Below, one piece after another: positions 26,099 through 39,019 of a DNA stretch of 64,000 nucleotides (position 1 is its first letter; every line of letters begins with the position of its first letter). The translations under genes were made by a program, and so were the position numbers. The notes under the pieces are model-generated. The model searched no databases. It was not told the origin of the DNA and was given only the letters and a program-made list of their open reading frames with translations. The stretch is from NCBI GenBank assembly GCA_965153285.1, contig OZ229116.1; one strand, written 5' to 3'. The DNA is from Podarcis tiliguerta. Lineage: Eukaryota.

Positions 26099-27832
26099 GC
26101 CACAGCTTACTTAGTAAGTTTACACACAGTCACTTTTACTACTGGCATTAAGACATACACATTTGTGCTACAGCTCAAATCATGCAATGGAGCAGGGAGC
26201 TTATTTATATGGGCATGTGTGGAAGAACAAGGTTCTGCTTAACAATTTAATGCCCCTATCATCCCTTGCCCTATGCATAGAAAGTTAAATTTATAGCATC
26301 CACAATCAAGTATGCAAGTAGCCACCGAAGCTAATTTTAATATCCTCCCAAGAAAGCCGCATATAATAAATACTAGTCATACCGACAAGTTCTTCTTTCC
26401 ATCTTTCCCTCCCCCACAACTTGTACCTTCAATGCAGCTGGAACTTCTATAGATCAGAGGACACTGTCAGTATAGGCTGACCAATCTCTGAGGGTTTTTT
26501 CTCCTTCTCTTCAAGATACTCTGTGTTAACAGCTAGAGGGGGTTCAATCAGCACTGCTTTGATCTCGGCTGGAACTATAATTATTTAACATTGTTACAAG
26601 GATTTCTATAATCCATCCTACCATTAAATCCCTTTTACACCCTCATCTTCTGAAGCCTAATCTGCATCTGTACACTCAGTTTGTCTCTTCAGCTGGTTTC
26701 ATCAGGCTCCAGCATTCTCCAACACCCAGACTGATGGCTCCTTTTTTTTAATGAAATCATTTTCTTTCAAATTGAAAACTGCAAAAAGGTCTTGTGCATT
26801 TGCTACCTTTTGATGAGATAGCAATATAACACCAGTACATTCGGCAGTTTGCTCCAAACCACCTTCCATTTAATATAATAAAATTCATTTTGGCATTTGT
26901 GTTCTTATTAAGCAGAATATTCCGTATGTTAACATGCCATGATTGAACTCTTATGCCATCCGTGCATATATTTACACTAACGTATACTGCAACACCATAT
27001 GGAAAGCTGCACTGTTCTGCATAGAAAATTCAGACAACTGACTAGAAATGACCACCACTTCTTAGCACATACACACAAACTCAATTAAAGAATTTCAAAA
27101 TGTGAGAAATACAAACAGATACTGAGGGCTGAACAAAAGTCTTGAAAACCCTTGTTGAAATCCTTAATCTATCACAAACATTTTTAAAGGCAGACAAGTA
27201 GGGTAAGTAATGTAACAGAGTCACTGTAATATGCCAAAATTATGAATGAGCTGGTGAAAGAGGCACCACAATTAACTACAGGAGATTCTTAAGTATTTCC
27301 TAAACGGCAAGGACGGCTGACTACTGCATGTATCTGCACATTAAAAAAGGTAATGATCCACATTGGTATGGGGAGAATACAAGCCTGCATAAGGAGCTTC
27401 AATCTCAGTTTATTGTAACATTGAAGAAAATCAAGAGCATAATAAGAGTGACATCACTTCTATACATACTTGCATTCGTATAATTTAATGCTGACTTCTC
27501 TGCTATCATAACTCCGTTTTTAACATTGTACCTTTATTGTTTCCTGCCCTAAGCTCTCTTAAGGGACAAATATAATAAATAAATAGTGAATAAATAAACA
27601 AAGAGAAACTGCTGAAGCAAAAGCAGTTACTATGGTGTGTTTTTTTTGTTTTTATAATGTAAACTGCCCTGTGATCTTCAGATGGACGGTACAGAAAATT
27701 AATTAATTTAATTGGTATCTTTAGGATTATTTATGTGTATAGTATTATATTTTTGAAAACACAAACACCAAACTTAAGGGGTTTTGATTGGCACAACACC
27801 AAATATTTCAGATTCCTAGCTGCAAGGTACAA

Positions 27833-27833
<1 letters not shown>

Positions 27834-27879
<46 letters not shown>
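27834..27879. repeat. (TTG)n microsatellite
   Basis: Read directly. Confidence 0.95.
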
Positions 27880-27880
<1 letters not shown>

Positions 27881-29529
27881 ATTCCAAGACACAATAAAAA
27901 ATTGGTCAAACATATTAAGATATTACACTTATCTTGGTAGTTCATTCAGGATCATATGCTTTAGTGACAGTAATGCTTATAAGGCAAAATTCTGACCACC
28001 AATGAACAAAATAAAGTCGTATTTCACAGCTATGATGTCATCAAAGGGCTGTATTTCATGGCTATAACGCCTCTGAAAATATATACAGTATATAAAATAA
28101 TATCCGTAAGAAGCTGCTTTTCCAAGTCTGCCTGAGGTCCAGCAAGGTGGACCTCCTTAAATTCCATTTACTGTACATTAGAATTTGAATATCAAGGAAG
28201 CCTAAATAGCCTGAGGGTGGAAAAAGCATTTTGCACCTCATATGCTGTAGCATATTTGCTATATTATATGCATTATACTATAAATGAATTGCTCATGTTA
28301 TCTCCATTACTTTCCCCCAATATATCGGCATCGCCTTCCATTCACATATTCATACCTGCATATTTTATTTGACCTGTATATATTTAGAGATGGAACTTAT
28401 ACAATAGACAAACTGTTAGTGCTAGAAGCCCCAAACCCTGAAAATGATGTTTGCTGTTTCATTCAGCCTTAATGCAGCATCACAAGAATATCAGCCTTGA
28501 GCTATCTGTCTTGCTAAAAAAAAGAAAAAAGAAATCACTTCACTTTTCCAGAAAGGAAAACTGATAGGATTATTTTCATGATAAATTAATTTTGCCATGT
28601 AATTGCAATTATGACTTCTAATTAATGAATGGTTTCAGCTTTACTAACTAGGTCAGCATTTTTCTTTATAATATATATCAGCTCTCTCTTTAGATAAGTG
28701 ATATGATACATCTAGACTCTGGAGAAATAATAGCAAAGCCTTTCTTTAAGTACTAGGTTTAGATGCTTGAAAGGAGCATGGTACATTCTGCCAGGTAATT
28801 CTTTATTGTAGTTTGTATCTGAAACAGAAAGCAGGGTAAACATTCCCCTTTTAAAATTCAAACATATTCAAAAGATGTTTTGAACAATTTACATTTACAC
28901 TTCAATCTGAACGCAGTCACTCATCTGCAGGGGTAAGCAGCATGCTGCCCTCCAGATGTTGGACTTACAGCTCCCATCAGCCCCAGCCAATGATCAGGGT
29001 GATGAGAATTGCACTCCAACAACATCTGGAGGGCACCGCTCTGGATACACTGGCTCTACAGGATTTGATTCTTTGGCATGCCATTAAACAGATGACTGGT
29101 TCTACTAACTCCAACATCTCTAATCACCTGTTGTGTGGGAGGAACTGAAACCAAGCTCTCATTGCCCCCAAAAGGTTATAATTGCACTCAAAGAAAATTG
29201 GAATAGGCTTTAAAAAAAAAATCAGCACTCAGGTTTGATACACATATTTGAGCAATCGCTGTCTGAAACTCTGGTATGCCTCAAGCAAGCGTTAAGCTCA
29301 GCCAGCAAAGGATCCAGATAATGTCATATTGAATAGAAGTTCCATATTACATGACCTAATATTTTTATTCATCGTTTTCATGACCGATCTGTAAAGCAAA
29401 ACTAGACTATGAGAGAATGGCAAGCCCATGTTTGTTTACTAATCCAAAGAGCTGAAACCCATGACTTTCTCTTCCAGGTTCAGCACCCTAACCACTGCAT
29501 CACACTGCCCCTACAGAGTATTGCCTGTA

Positions 29530-29755
29530 CAATGGTACCTCAGGTTAAGTACTTAATTCGTTCCGGAGGTCCGTTATTAACCTGAAACTGTTCTTAACCT
29601 GAAGCACCACTTTAGCTAATGGGGCCTCCTGCTGCCGCTGCGCCGCCGGAGCCCGATTTCTGTTCTTATCCTGAAGCAAAGTTCTTAACCTAAAGCACTA
29701 TTTCTGGGTTAGCGGAGTCTGTAACCTGAAGCGTACGTAACCCGAGGTACCACTG
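29530..29755. mobile_element. Tc1/mariner (Tigger-like) MITE, family B
   Basis: TA TSDs; TIRs caatggtacctcaggtta / taacccgaggtaccactg. Confidence 0.88.
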
Positions 29756-29962
29756 TACTGGAAGATTACAGAAGAAGCAGAGAATGGAGAAAGCTTTGTT
29801 TCTCATCCTCTTTGAAAAAAATCTTAGTAAGAAAATCTATCTTTGCTTCCCTCTCTAGCCGATTTTGGCATTAGTTTCTGGAAATCAGGGTTTGCCTACT
29901 AGCGGGAAATGTAAAAGCATGCTTAAGGGCAGGATGGAAAGTGTGTGAGACAGGAGCTAGGG

Positions 29963-30668
29963 CAGAAGTTCCCAACTGTGGTCCATGGACCACCCATGAT
30001 CCATAAGCTTCATTCAGCTGGCCCATGACATGAAGAAAAGTAGGAACAGTGGCTGTGAGCAGCAGGCTTACTGCATTGATTTTTAATTGGATTTTTATTG
30101 TTTCTTTTATTTGTAATATTGTCTTTTATTATTTAATATTGTACAGTGGTGCCTCGCAAGACGAAAAGAATCCATTCCGCGAGTCTCTTCGTCTAGCGGT
30201 TTTTTCGTCTTGCAAAGCAACCCTATTAGCGGATTAGCGCTATTAGCAGTTTAGCGGCTATTAAAGGCTTAAGGGATTAGCGGATTAGCTGCTAAAAGGC
30301 TATTAGCAGCTTAGTGCCTTAGAAAAAGGGGGTGGGGAGCGGGGGAAAAAACCCCAGGAATCGCAAGACATTTTCGTCTTGCGAAGCAAGCCCATAGAGA
30401 AATTCGTCCTGCGAAGCACCTCCAAAACGGAAAACCCTTTCGTCTAGCGGGTTTTCCATCTTGCAAGGCATTTGTCTTGCGGGGCACCACTGTAATATGT
30501 GATACAATAAATATAAGAAATAAAAATAGTAAAAAAAAAGAGAATGCAGTTAGAAATCATACAGCTACTAGCAGAAGGCACTGCAATTGCCACAACAGGC
30601 AGAAAAGCCAATAAGTGGTCTTAGCAATTTTCAACTGGTCTGTAGGGGGAAATGTTTGAAAACCACTG
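29963..30668. mobile_element. hAT-type element hosting a nested MITE
   Basis: TIRs cagaagttcccaac / tttgaaaaccactg; TSD agctaggg / aactaggg. Confidence 0.75.
30144..30492. mobile_element. Tc1/mariner (Tigger-like) MITE, family C, with internal ttagcgg-type repeats
   Basis: TA TSDs; TIRs cagtggtgcctcgcaagac / gtcttgcggggcaccactg. Confidence 0.9.
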
Positions 30669-30839
30669 AACTAGGGGTAGAGAAGTAGGAAGATATACCG
30701 GTAACTTGTTGAGAAAAGGAGTGAAGCAAGTAGGAAAGAAGATGAGAAAGCAGCTGGAAGATTCGAGAAAAAAAGTTAGTAGTTTAAGTGGAATGGGAAT
30801 AACACTGGAATATAGAGAAGGAATAAAATGGAATGTGAA

Positions 30840-31023
30840 TAGGAGCATAGGAAGCGGCCTTACACTGAGTCAGGTCCATCTAGCTCAGTACTGTCTACAT
30901 TGGCAGAGACTCTCTGGGGTTTCAGACAGGTTTCTCTTCCAGCGCTACCTAGAGGTACCAGGGTTCAAACCTGAGACCATCTGCATGCAAAGCAGGTGCT
31001 ATACCACTGAGCTATGACCCTTC
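30840..31023 (-). mobile_element. Squam3-like tRNA-derived SINE
   Basis: Minus strand gaagggtcatagctcagtggtatagcacctgctttgcatgcagatggtctcaggtttgaaccc (A/B boxes) followed by an actgagctagatggacc tail. Confidence 0.82.
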
Positions 31024-31500
31024 ACACAGGATGTAAACATGTAAGAAGGGACTACAAGGAAGGAAGGAAGAAGTGGGACATGGAAAGGATAAATAGGGCC
31101 AGGGCAAAATGGGTACAAGGATACGGGAAATGACACATGGAAGTTTGGGTGGAGAAAGGAAGTGGAAAAGGAGTAAATAGGAGCTGGAAGGTACAGGAGC
31201 TCTAATGGTACATTGTCAGAAAATGCAAACACATAGCACAAGATCCAGTTTTCCATTAAAATCCAGGCACAAAGAAGCTGAAATAGTAGAGTTACCTAAA
31301 ATGGAAGCATTTTGAGACTGTCGGATCATCGGTATGCTGCCGTTCATTCAGAGAATGCCAAAGCAGTTCACAGGAAAAAAATTAAGAAAAAGAAAACGCA
31401 CATTCTAAAACATTAGCATTAGACACTGAAGTGCAGACTGACAAACCTAAGCACATGGAGCAATCCTATGCACAAGAAGCTGGCCTAATCCACGACAGCA

Positions 31501-31745
31501 TAAAGTAAAGGAACCCTGACAGTTAAGTCCAGTCATGAACAACTCTGGGGTTGCAGCGCTCATCTCGCTTGATTGGCCGAGGGAGCTGACGTTTGTCCGT
31601 AGACAGTTTTTCCGGGTCATGTGGCCAGCGTGACTAAGCCGGTTTTGGTGAAACCAGAGCAGTGCACAGAAACGCCATTTACCTTCCCGCCGGAGAGGTA
31701 CCTATTTATCTACTTGCACTTTGACGTGCTTTCGAACTGCTAGGC
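31501..31745 (-). mobile_element. 5'-truncated Sauria SINE, inside a palindromic element at ~31459-32140
   Basis: Homologous to 25439-25801; flanked by cataaagt on both sides; host ends gcaatcctatg / cataggattgc. Confidence 0.88.
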
Positions 31746-33544
31746 CAACATAAAGTTAAACCAGATCCAAACCCCATTCAGCAACAGTTGTTCTGCCTAA
31801 ACCAGTAGGGGGTAGGGGGGACAACAATACTTTAAAATAGTGTTCTACACTAGGTTGTCAGGTCACATGACTAAGCTGATTGGGCTTAAGATTCAGCCCA
31901 AGTCTGCTTCTATTTGATGCTGCCACCAGGATGCCCCTCTGGGGCGGGGGGTGGGGACTTACACTGGCCTTGGCCCAGTGAGGTTTGGCTTAGCCAGCTG
32001 AGCCATGAGGAACAAGTTACACTGGTGTATCTTTGGCTGAGCCAGGGTTGGGAACTTAACCTTGGCTTAGCCAGGAATTAGCTGGCTGAACCTGAGATCT
32101 GCTGCACTTATTGCGGTTCTTGCCATAGGATTGCACCCTAATCCTATGGATTGCATCCTCCAATGCTGAAACATACAGTCAACATTTTAAGTACATATAC
32201 CCCATGTTCAGCTGTTTTCACAAGCTGAAAACTAGCTTATCAAACAGAGGGATACTTAGTAGCTCCTATATGATAAATATTAGACATAACATGCACCATA
32301 ATCCTATTTATTGGCTGACCACTGCATCTGGTAAATTATGTATTATTTGAATTAACAGGAACATAAAAAATTTAATGGTTGCACTGAAAATATCAACAAA
32401 TATATTGTTTCAATCGTTGTAGTTAGATTATTCCATCTGCTCTAGTATGTCCAGAGAAGAAAAAGGCAGGCAAGGCAGATTCCAACAGCACTGAAGAAAA
32501 TTTCACTAGAGAAAATATTATTATGTGTAAAAACATGGGATGCATAATTGAAATCAGTCGAAACACTACATAATTTCAGAAAGAATTGGCATTCTCCTAG
32601 CTCACTCTTTGTTTGCATGTACTTGTTGGACTGTAGTTTTCCTTCTAAATGATTCCATGTTGGGCATACTTGTTCAGTATATTAACACACCCGTCCTTCA
32701 ACAGTTCAAGAAAAATTGTTGCTATGCAGGAATAATCTTGGCAGAATTAATGAGAAAAACACAACAAAGAGCAAAATGGTTGTGGACCAATTACATGCCC
32801 CTTTTGATTCTCAACCCATCTGCTTCCAGAAGCTGACATTGTTTCCTAGTCCTATGCAATTACCAGAGTATGTGATTGCCTTTATGACCAAAATACAGTG
32901 GAGACAGCTGAAAAGTGCAAAGCTTCCTGCCAGATTCTGCGGGTCCCCTGGTGCATGAAACTACAAGAAACAGTGTATTGTAATGCAGATGTCTGTTGAT
33001 TCCCAATAGAATTTCAAACTCTAAGTCCTTCACTGCACAGCCAACAGAAAGTTGAACTTCTAAATGTCTTTACTATATTATGTACCATGTCCAAAAATGG
33101 GATTTTCCCCTGACAGCTTGTCCCTTATGCTTATGTGTTTACATTGTATTGCCACACTTATGTTTATGAGTCCAATAAGAGAAACAATTACCCACAAAAG
33201 ACTTTGACCCTTCTGTTCACACTTAGGGGGGGGCTCTGACCAGGGAATCTGTGGTGCTCCTTCTGTTCATCTAACACAGTAATCTGACCTCAACTCATGC
33301 TATTCTCCTCAACACTCTTGTGGCAAAAAGAGAGAATAGCAGGGAAGTACATTTGGGTGTGAAAAGAGATGCTCTGACTCTACATACACACAGTCAGAGG
33401 TCAGAAGTACAAAACTGGTTTTCCTGGGACATGCAGCATCATAGCTCTTTCTTTCAACATGAAGAGAAATCTTCTAAGATGTACCATAGCTTTTTTTGTT
33501 GTTGTTGTTCTTCTTAGTTTGGCATCTGTGTCCTAAACTGGAAG

Positions 33545-33791
33545 TAGTCATACCTCATGTTACAGACGCTTCAGGTTACGTGTTTTCAGGTTACGGACGC
33601 GGGAAACCCGGAAGTACCGGAACAGGTTACTTCCAGGTTTTGCTGCTCACACCTGTGCAGAAGCACTAAATCACGCTTTGCGCATGCGCAGAAGAGCCAA
33701 ATCGTGCCAGTGTGGCGCTTCAGGATGCGGACGCTATGGGTTGTGGACGTGCCTCCATCACAGATTACGTCCACAACCCGAGGTTCCACTG
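33545..33791. mobile_element. Tc1/mariner MITE family A (opposite orientation)
   Basis: Ends agtcatacctcatgtt / aacccgaggttccactg-TA. Confidence 0.85.
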
Positions 33792-34348
33792 TATAGAGAA
33801 CCACCAAATTACAGACCACCAAAATGCAAGGGCTCTTAAAACTCCCAACCTATTTTCATAGTACAGTTTTTCCTTCAGTAGTGGATGTTTTCTCATAACC
33901 TAGCATCCTGCTTTGCACACTACAGACCCTGCAGTGGTCCCAGGCAGTGACTTGCAGATAGGGAGCAACAGGCAGAGCACCATCTCAGGACACCGTTGAT
34001 GGTATTAGTGGGTGGGGCTTGCAGTGGAATGACATGTGCTGGATGTACACTCATTCTTCAAGTATCTGGACATAGCACCATTGGCAAAACCGTCATGGGT
34101 TGAAAGACTTCTGCAGAGCCCCTGCCTCCCACTCCTCAATAGCAAAATTCCAGCATTCATTCCTGGATTCCCAAGTCAAGGTATTTTAGGCCAATAGCCA
34201 ATAATCTACCCAATGCCTAATAATTGATAACCCTGATACAGTATTTGTAAGTCAGCTTTGAACCAAAGAACCCCACAACTAGATGAGCACAACCAACACA
34301 GTTTGGGAGTTGTGCTTCTCCAACACCAGTCCCCATGTGGTAAACCAG

Positions 34349-34910
34349 TGTAATCCTATACATTGGGTTGTATCCAAGGTAAGTGCTCCTCAAAGTATAC
34401 CCACTGAAAACAATGGACATGACTAATTTCAATGGGTTGTATCCAATTTAGTTCTACTTGGAGCAGCCCCACTGAAATTAAAGGAGTCAAGTTAGTAATG
34501 TCCATTATTTTCAATGAGTCTACTCTAAGTAGAACTAATACAGTCGTACCTGGGTTGTCGAACAGCTTTGTACTCAGACGTTTTGGCTCCTGAATGCCGC
34601 AAACCCGAAAGTGAGTGTTCCGGTTTGCAAACATTTTTTGGAAGCTGAACATCTGGCGCGGCTTCTGATTGAGTGCAGGAAGCTCCTGCAGCCAATCAGA
34701 AGCTGTGTCTTGGTTTTCGAACCATTCTGGGTTCGAAAGGACTCCCGGAATGGATTAAGTTTGAGAGCCAAGTTTGAGAACTGTATTGGATATAACCTAG
34801 TGGGTCTACTCCAAGTATCATTTTGTTGGATACAATCTGTTCTCTGTATAGAAGTAAGCCCCACTCAGTTCAATGGAACATGGTTCCAGATAACCGTGTA
34901 TAGGATTGTG
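34349..34910. mobile_element. Four-level nested MITE stack, innermost a Tc1/mariner MITE at 34541-34783
   Basis: Successive paired termini: aatcctataca/tgtataggatt; two gggttgtatccaa/ttggata(c/t)aa pairs; TA-cagtcgtacc...gaactg-TA. Confidence 0.78.
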
Positions 34911-35547
34911 GTTTGGGAGGAATTTCAAAAACACTGATCCTATAGGATGGGAGGCTGGCTTTCAGAGAAAAACAATCCATTGAGTATGCAGCTCATGGAA
35001 CCCAGCTCATGTTTCAGGGAAGAAAACTATGGCAAAATATTTTGTTAATGCAGAGTGAAGGATAGAACAAGTTTTGTCTTTGTAAGAACCAATGGTGGTT
35101 CACTGTAGTGAGCCTTGTGAGGTACGGCTCCCCTATAACTTCAAAACATTTCAATAAATGGCAGAAGGGGGCGTTAGATTGCCTGCTGTCTTCCAGTTCT
35201 TGAGATACTTCATTTAGATGATGGAAGCTGGAATTACATGTTTATGATTCAATGAGGTTCCCCTACCCTGCCCCTCTCCTCCAGTTTATCCAGCAACAGG
35301 GGTGTCAGCCTTTCTTCTTTTAATCCAGCATCCACTTCACTATAGAAGGTGTTATTTTGACTGCCTCTTGTTTCATAAAGGACTCTGAAGTCGTAGTAAT
35401 TTTGGCACTTTGTTATAATTTTTCTATGACACCCCCCCCAACACACACACACACTTCCTCACATACTACACCAACACCCAGCCTCATTTTCATATGGATA
35501 CAAAGCATCAGGATAAAATGATGGTTCATTATAGTGGTACAGAGCTC

Positions 35548-35639
35548 TTATCTTCATCCAGCAAGAGTCATTTCCTTCCCAAGATTGAAATGCAAATGTG
35601 AAAATTAATGATAACTGCATTATCTGATAGCTGAGATAA
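35548..35639. promoter_or_regulatory. Candidate GATA/POU intronic enhancer
   Basis: Five WGATAR sites including palindromic TTATCTGATAG, plus octamer ATGCAAAT, in non-repetitive sequence; function inferred. Confidence 0.45.
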
Positions 35640-38594
35640 TACCGATTCACCGGCAGAGTAACACACAGCCGCCCTATGATTTCCTCTGCTTCTTCACAAT
35701 ATTCTTCTTACTGTCAGACTATATCTATGGTTAACTGTGTTTCATGGATTTTTGTTAATTTACATCAAATAGCATTTTCCAAGATCCCATATCTACCACA
35801 TTTCCCCAATCAAAAAGGAAACAAAATCAGGACTGTAATCTCAAAGTCCTTCTCAGGATTGATTTTGTAAAAAGGAGATCCTGCATTTTCAGTGTCTGTT
35901 TCCTAACTAGCCATCCTAATGTACACCAAACACTCTACCTGTTTTTCCCCTCCCTGAATTCATTTATAGCACCAAATAAAATAGTAATTTATAAAGGGCG
36001 AGAGGGTGTTGCAGAAAACCTATTAAAATAAACATTTAAAACCCAATCCCCACCCCAAATCATGTACATAGTGTACACAGAAGGATATCACCAGCACACA
36101 TTTCACTAAAATGGCACACTTCATAATCCACACATGACAAAACCAGCTATTATTTGTCAGCTTACATCAAAATATTAATATGGTCTACTCATGTTTCGTT
36201 CAATTCTTCACTAGGCTGGGCATTTCTTATGAATAAATGATTCCCAGAAAATCATAATTCTTCTGCATAGAACCTCAATCTTTTAATTCAAGAAAAATGA
36301 TTCAGATTGCACGTAATTCAAATCAGCAGGAAAATTCATTCCAATCCACATTTACTCAGAAGTAAGCCCCACTGATTTCAGTGGGATTTATTTCCAAGAA
36401 TGCACAAGATGGCAGTCTTAGTAGCTTCTTTTACTTTTTGACAGTTTTAAGGATATCTGGGGACAGATCCTTTCCAGAGTCAATTTCCTGTGGTCTTCTG
36501 TATAGGAGCCCTCCAGCACGTCTGTTCACTCCAGCTCACTGTTAGTTTTCTGTTCACTTCCCTTTATGGCTTGTAGACAGTAGATGTTGATGAAGCAAGG
36601 TTCCTGATCATGTTCATTTGTTATACTGCCAAGTGAGACAATGCTGTCACGGGTGCACTCAACCTGAAACTGCGGAAACTGTTTGGCCTTTGGGCACTTT
36701 CTCGGTTAATACTGCCACTTTCTCTTCTGGAATTTGGCTACTCTAACTTCCCTGGTGCAACAGAGCTTCTGAAGTCTCACAGACAGCAATATATGAAATG
36801 CCATGCTGAAGGTTTGCTCAATGGCTTCGTGCATAGGTAGTAGCCAAAAATATTTAATTTCTAGCTTTACTCAAACAATTTCCCCATTCATAAATCATAT
36901 AATTTACCCACCTGCCTTGAAAAGATTCAAAATTTCTATACATTCCAACATCATTTTCATTTGGAGACAATGATAACCAAAGGTTAAAGTTATACACAAT
37001 TTTTTTTGTACAGTTAATGTAACATAGAAAGTAGAATTTTTCAAGTGTATTTTATTTATGGTGGCAGGAGGAGTAACCTAAAACAACAATGTCTCATTGC
37101 TAAGGAGATCTTTTTGGTTTAAAATGTTTTCCATGAAATATATTATAATATATTTTAGTGCCAAATCTTGTTTTTACATAATGCTGCAGTGCTTTGTGTG
37201 AAATATAGGCATATTTTTGTATATCATTAACAACATTATAAATAACATCATCATAATCAGATATACTGTATCTTCATTTTTGTTTGCACTATATTTTCCA
37301 CCTGCTGGTTTCAGAAAATTACTGCTGGAGTTCTGCTCCTCTTCATACACAGAACACAGTAATTTGCAAAGTCAAGCAAGGATGAAAATGTGATTGAAAT
37401 ATAAGAGGCCTTTTTAATGAAAATGTTGTTGTTGCATTATAAATTATTTCTACAAAGAGTTCGGGCTTCCTTCACCCTTTTGAAGAGAATATTCTCCATT
37501 TTTAGACATGGCTATTCTGAGGAAATTATTGTTTAAATATGGTCACCATTATACACCTATCAGTTATGCTAATAATTACAGAATGAATTTTGACATCTTT
37601 ACATAAGGCAAAACTCAACTGCATTCAAGGGAAGAGACGCCTCAGTATCATTTGAAAAACAAATCTAATCCTTTACGCTTTTTTGTTCCACAAACCAAGT
37701 TTTGCATTATTTACAGCTAATGGCTGTCTGGGTCATTCTTATTCATGTCGCTGAAACTGCCACCTTTTTCCAGCTCTGTCATGTTGCATTTGCACTGTTT
37801 ATATTGTTTGTAAGAGAAAATATTAGCTTAGATTTCTGCCTAAACACGAAGCTCTTACACTTTATTGATTGCAGTCCACAGGTTTCTCTCTTAACTCTGA
37901 AGTCAATGACCAGGGTGTGTTAAATGATTTATATCAAATGAAAACTGATAAGAAAAGTCCTTGAAAACATCATTGGCTGCCATATCCATTTGTTAAACTC
38001 AACGTGCTTCTAAATGTAAGCTCAGAGTTTGAAACTAGATAATAGCTCTTTAGTTTCCAGCCAAAAAAATAATTTAAGGAAGTACTGCTACTGTCTTTAA
38101 AAGAGCAATAAACAGGCTCTAAAAGTTGGTGCTGCTTCTCATTAGAGTTTTGAAAGTTACAGGTACACTCCAAGGAAGATCTAGGGAATGATTGTACAGA
38201 AATTTGTGCTGAGCCAAAAGTTTGTTTAATGTGTGATCCTATACATGTCTACTTAGAAGTAAGCCCCACTGGCTTCAATGGTACTTACTTCCAGGTATGT
38301 GTGTATACAGTTGAACCTCAGTGTGACAACAAGTACTTATCATATCATGAAGTGACAATGCTTTCTCTTTTTAAAAAACGAAGTTGAAAATGCTATTTTT
38401 TGTTGTTGCTTATGCATCTCCACCCCAGCTAGAAAACTCCTGAAATGACTTTAGGTCATGACATTTATCCCAGAATGCCTCTGAAGCAATGCTGCATCGC
38501 CACATAGTGTCATTCCAAGAACATTTTCAAGAAAACAATTGGCAGTCACCAGATAACATTTTTTTATGCCACTGTTCTAAGTGGCTGCTAACAC

Positions 38595-38680
38595 CACAAT
38601 CCTATGCATACTTACGTGGTAGGAAGCCCCACTGAGTTCAATTGTACTTACTCTCATGTAAGTATGCTCAGGATTGCAGG
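38595..38680. mobile_element. ~85-bp hairpin MITE (relatives at ~36345-36418, 38233-38320, 48050-48135, 52935-53012)
   Basis: caatcctatgcatacttac...aagccccactgagttcaat...gtaagtatgctcaggattg recurs in the window. Confidence 0.7.
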
Positions 38681-39019
38681 CGAGGGGGAAGGAAAATTGA
38701 GTAATGCCCACCTGAAATCTTTTTTAAAAAAATCTAGCTCCCTCCCTAAGAAATGCTAACAAAACATTCCACATACTGCTTGCTAGTCTAAAGTATATCC
38801 TTTAGACTAAATGGTGATGCATGTAGAAGCAAAGACACATACAGACAGAATCTGTGGTATGATGGTTTTGATAACATTGAGCAATTGATTTGAGAGGTAC
38901 TTAGTGCTTATTTAGACTCCCCATAGCCAAGTCACATAGTTCATTGGGTGAAATATGTGGCTACCAGTGACCAAGGACAGAATGGGTGGTCAGATATGTT
39001 TAAATCTGCCTTCAGATAA

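Noticed and set aside
26699-26714. 16-nt inverted match to 57116-57131 (TCATCAGGCTCCAGCA) as a long-range RNA pairing
   Set aside because: About one such match is expected by chance in 64 kb.
30940-31023. tRNA gene
   Set aside because: Degenerate tRNA-derived SINE head followed by SINE body.
36445-36836. Possible antisense exon (ttttactttttgacag acceptor, TAG|gtagta donor)
   Set aside because: The donor is weak, all plus frames hit stops, and the minus-strand peptide is unrecognisable; no support without RNA data.
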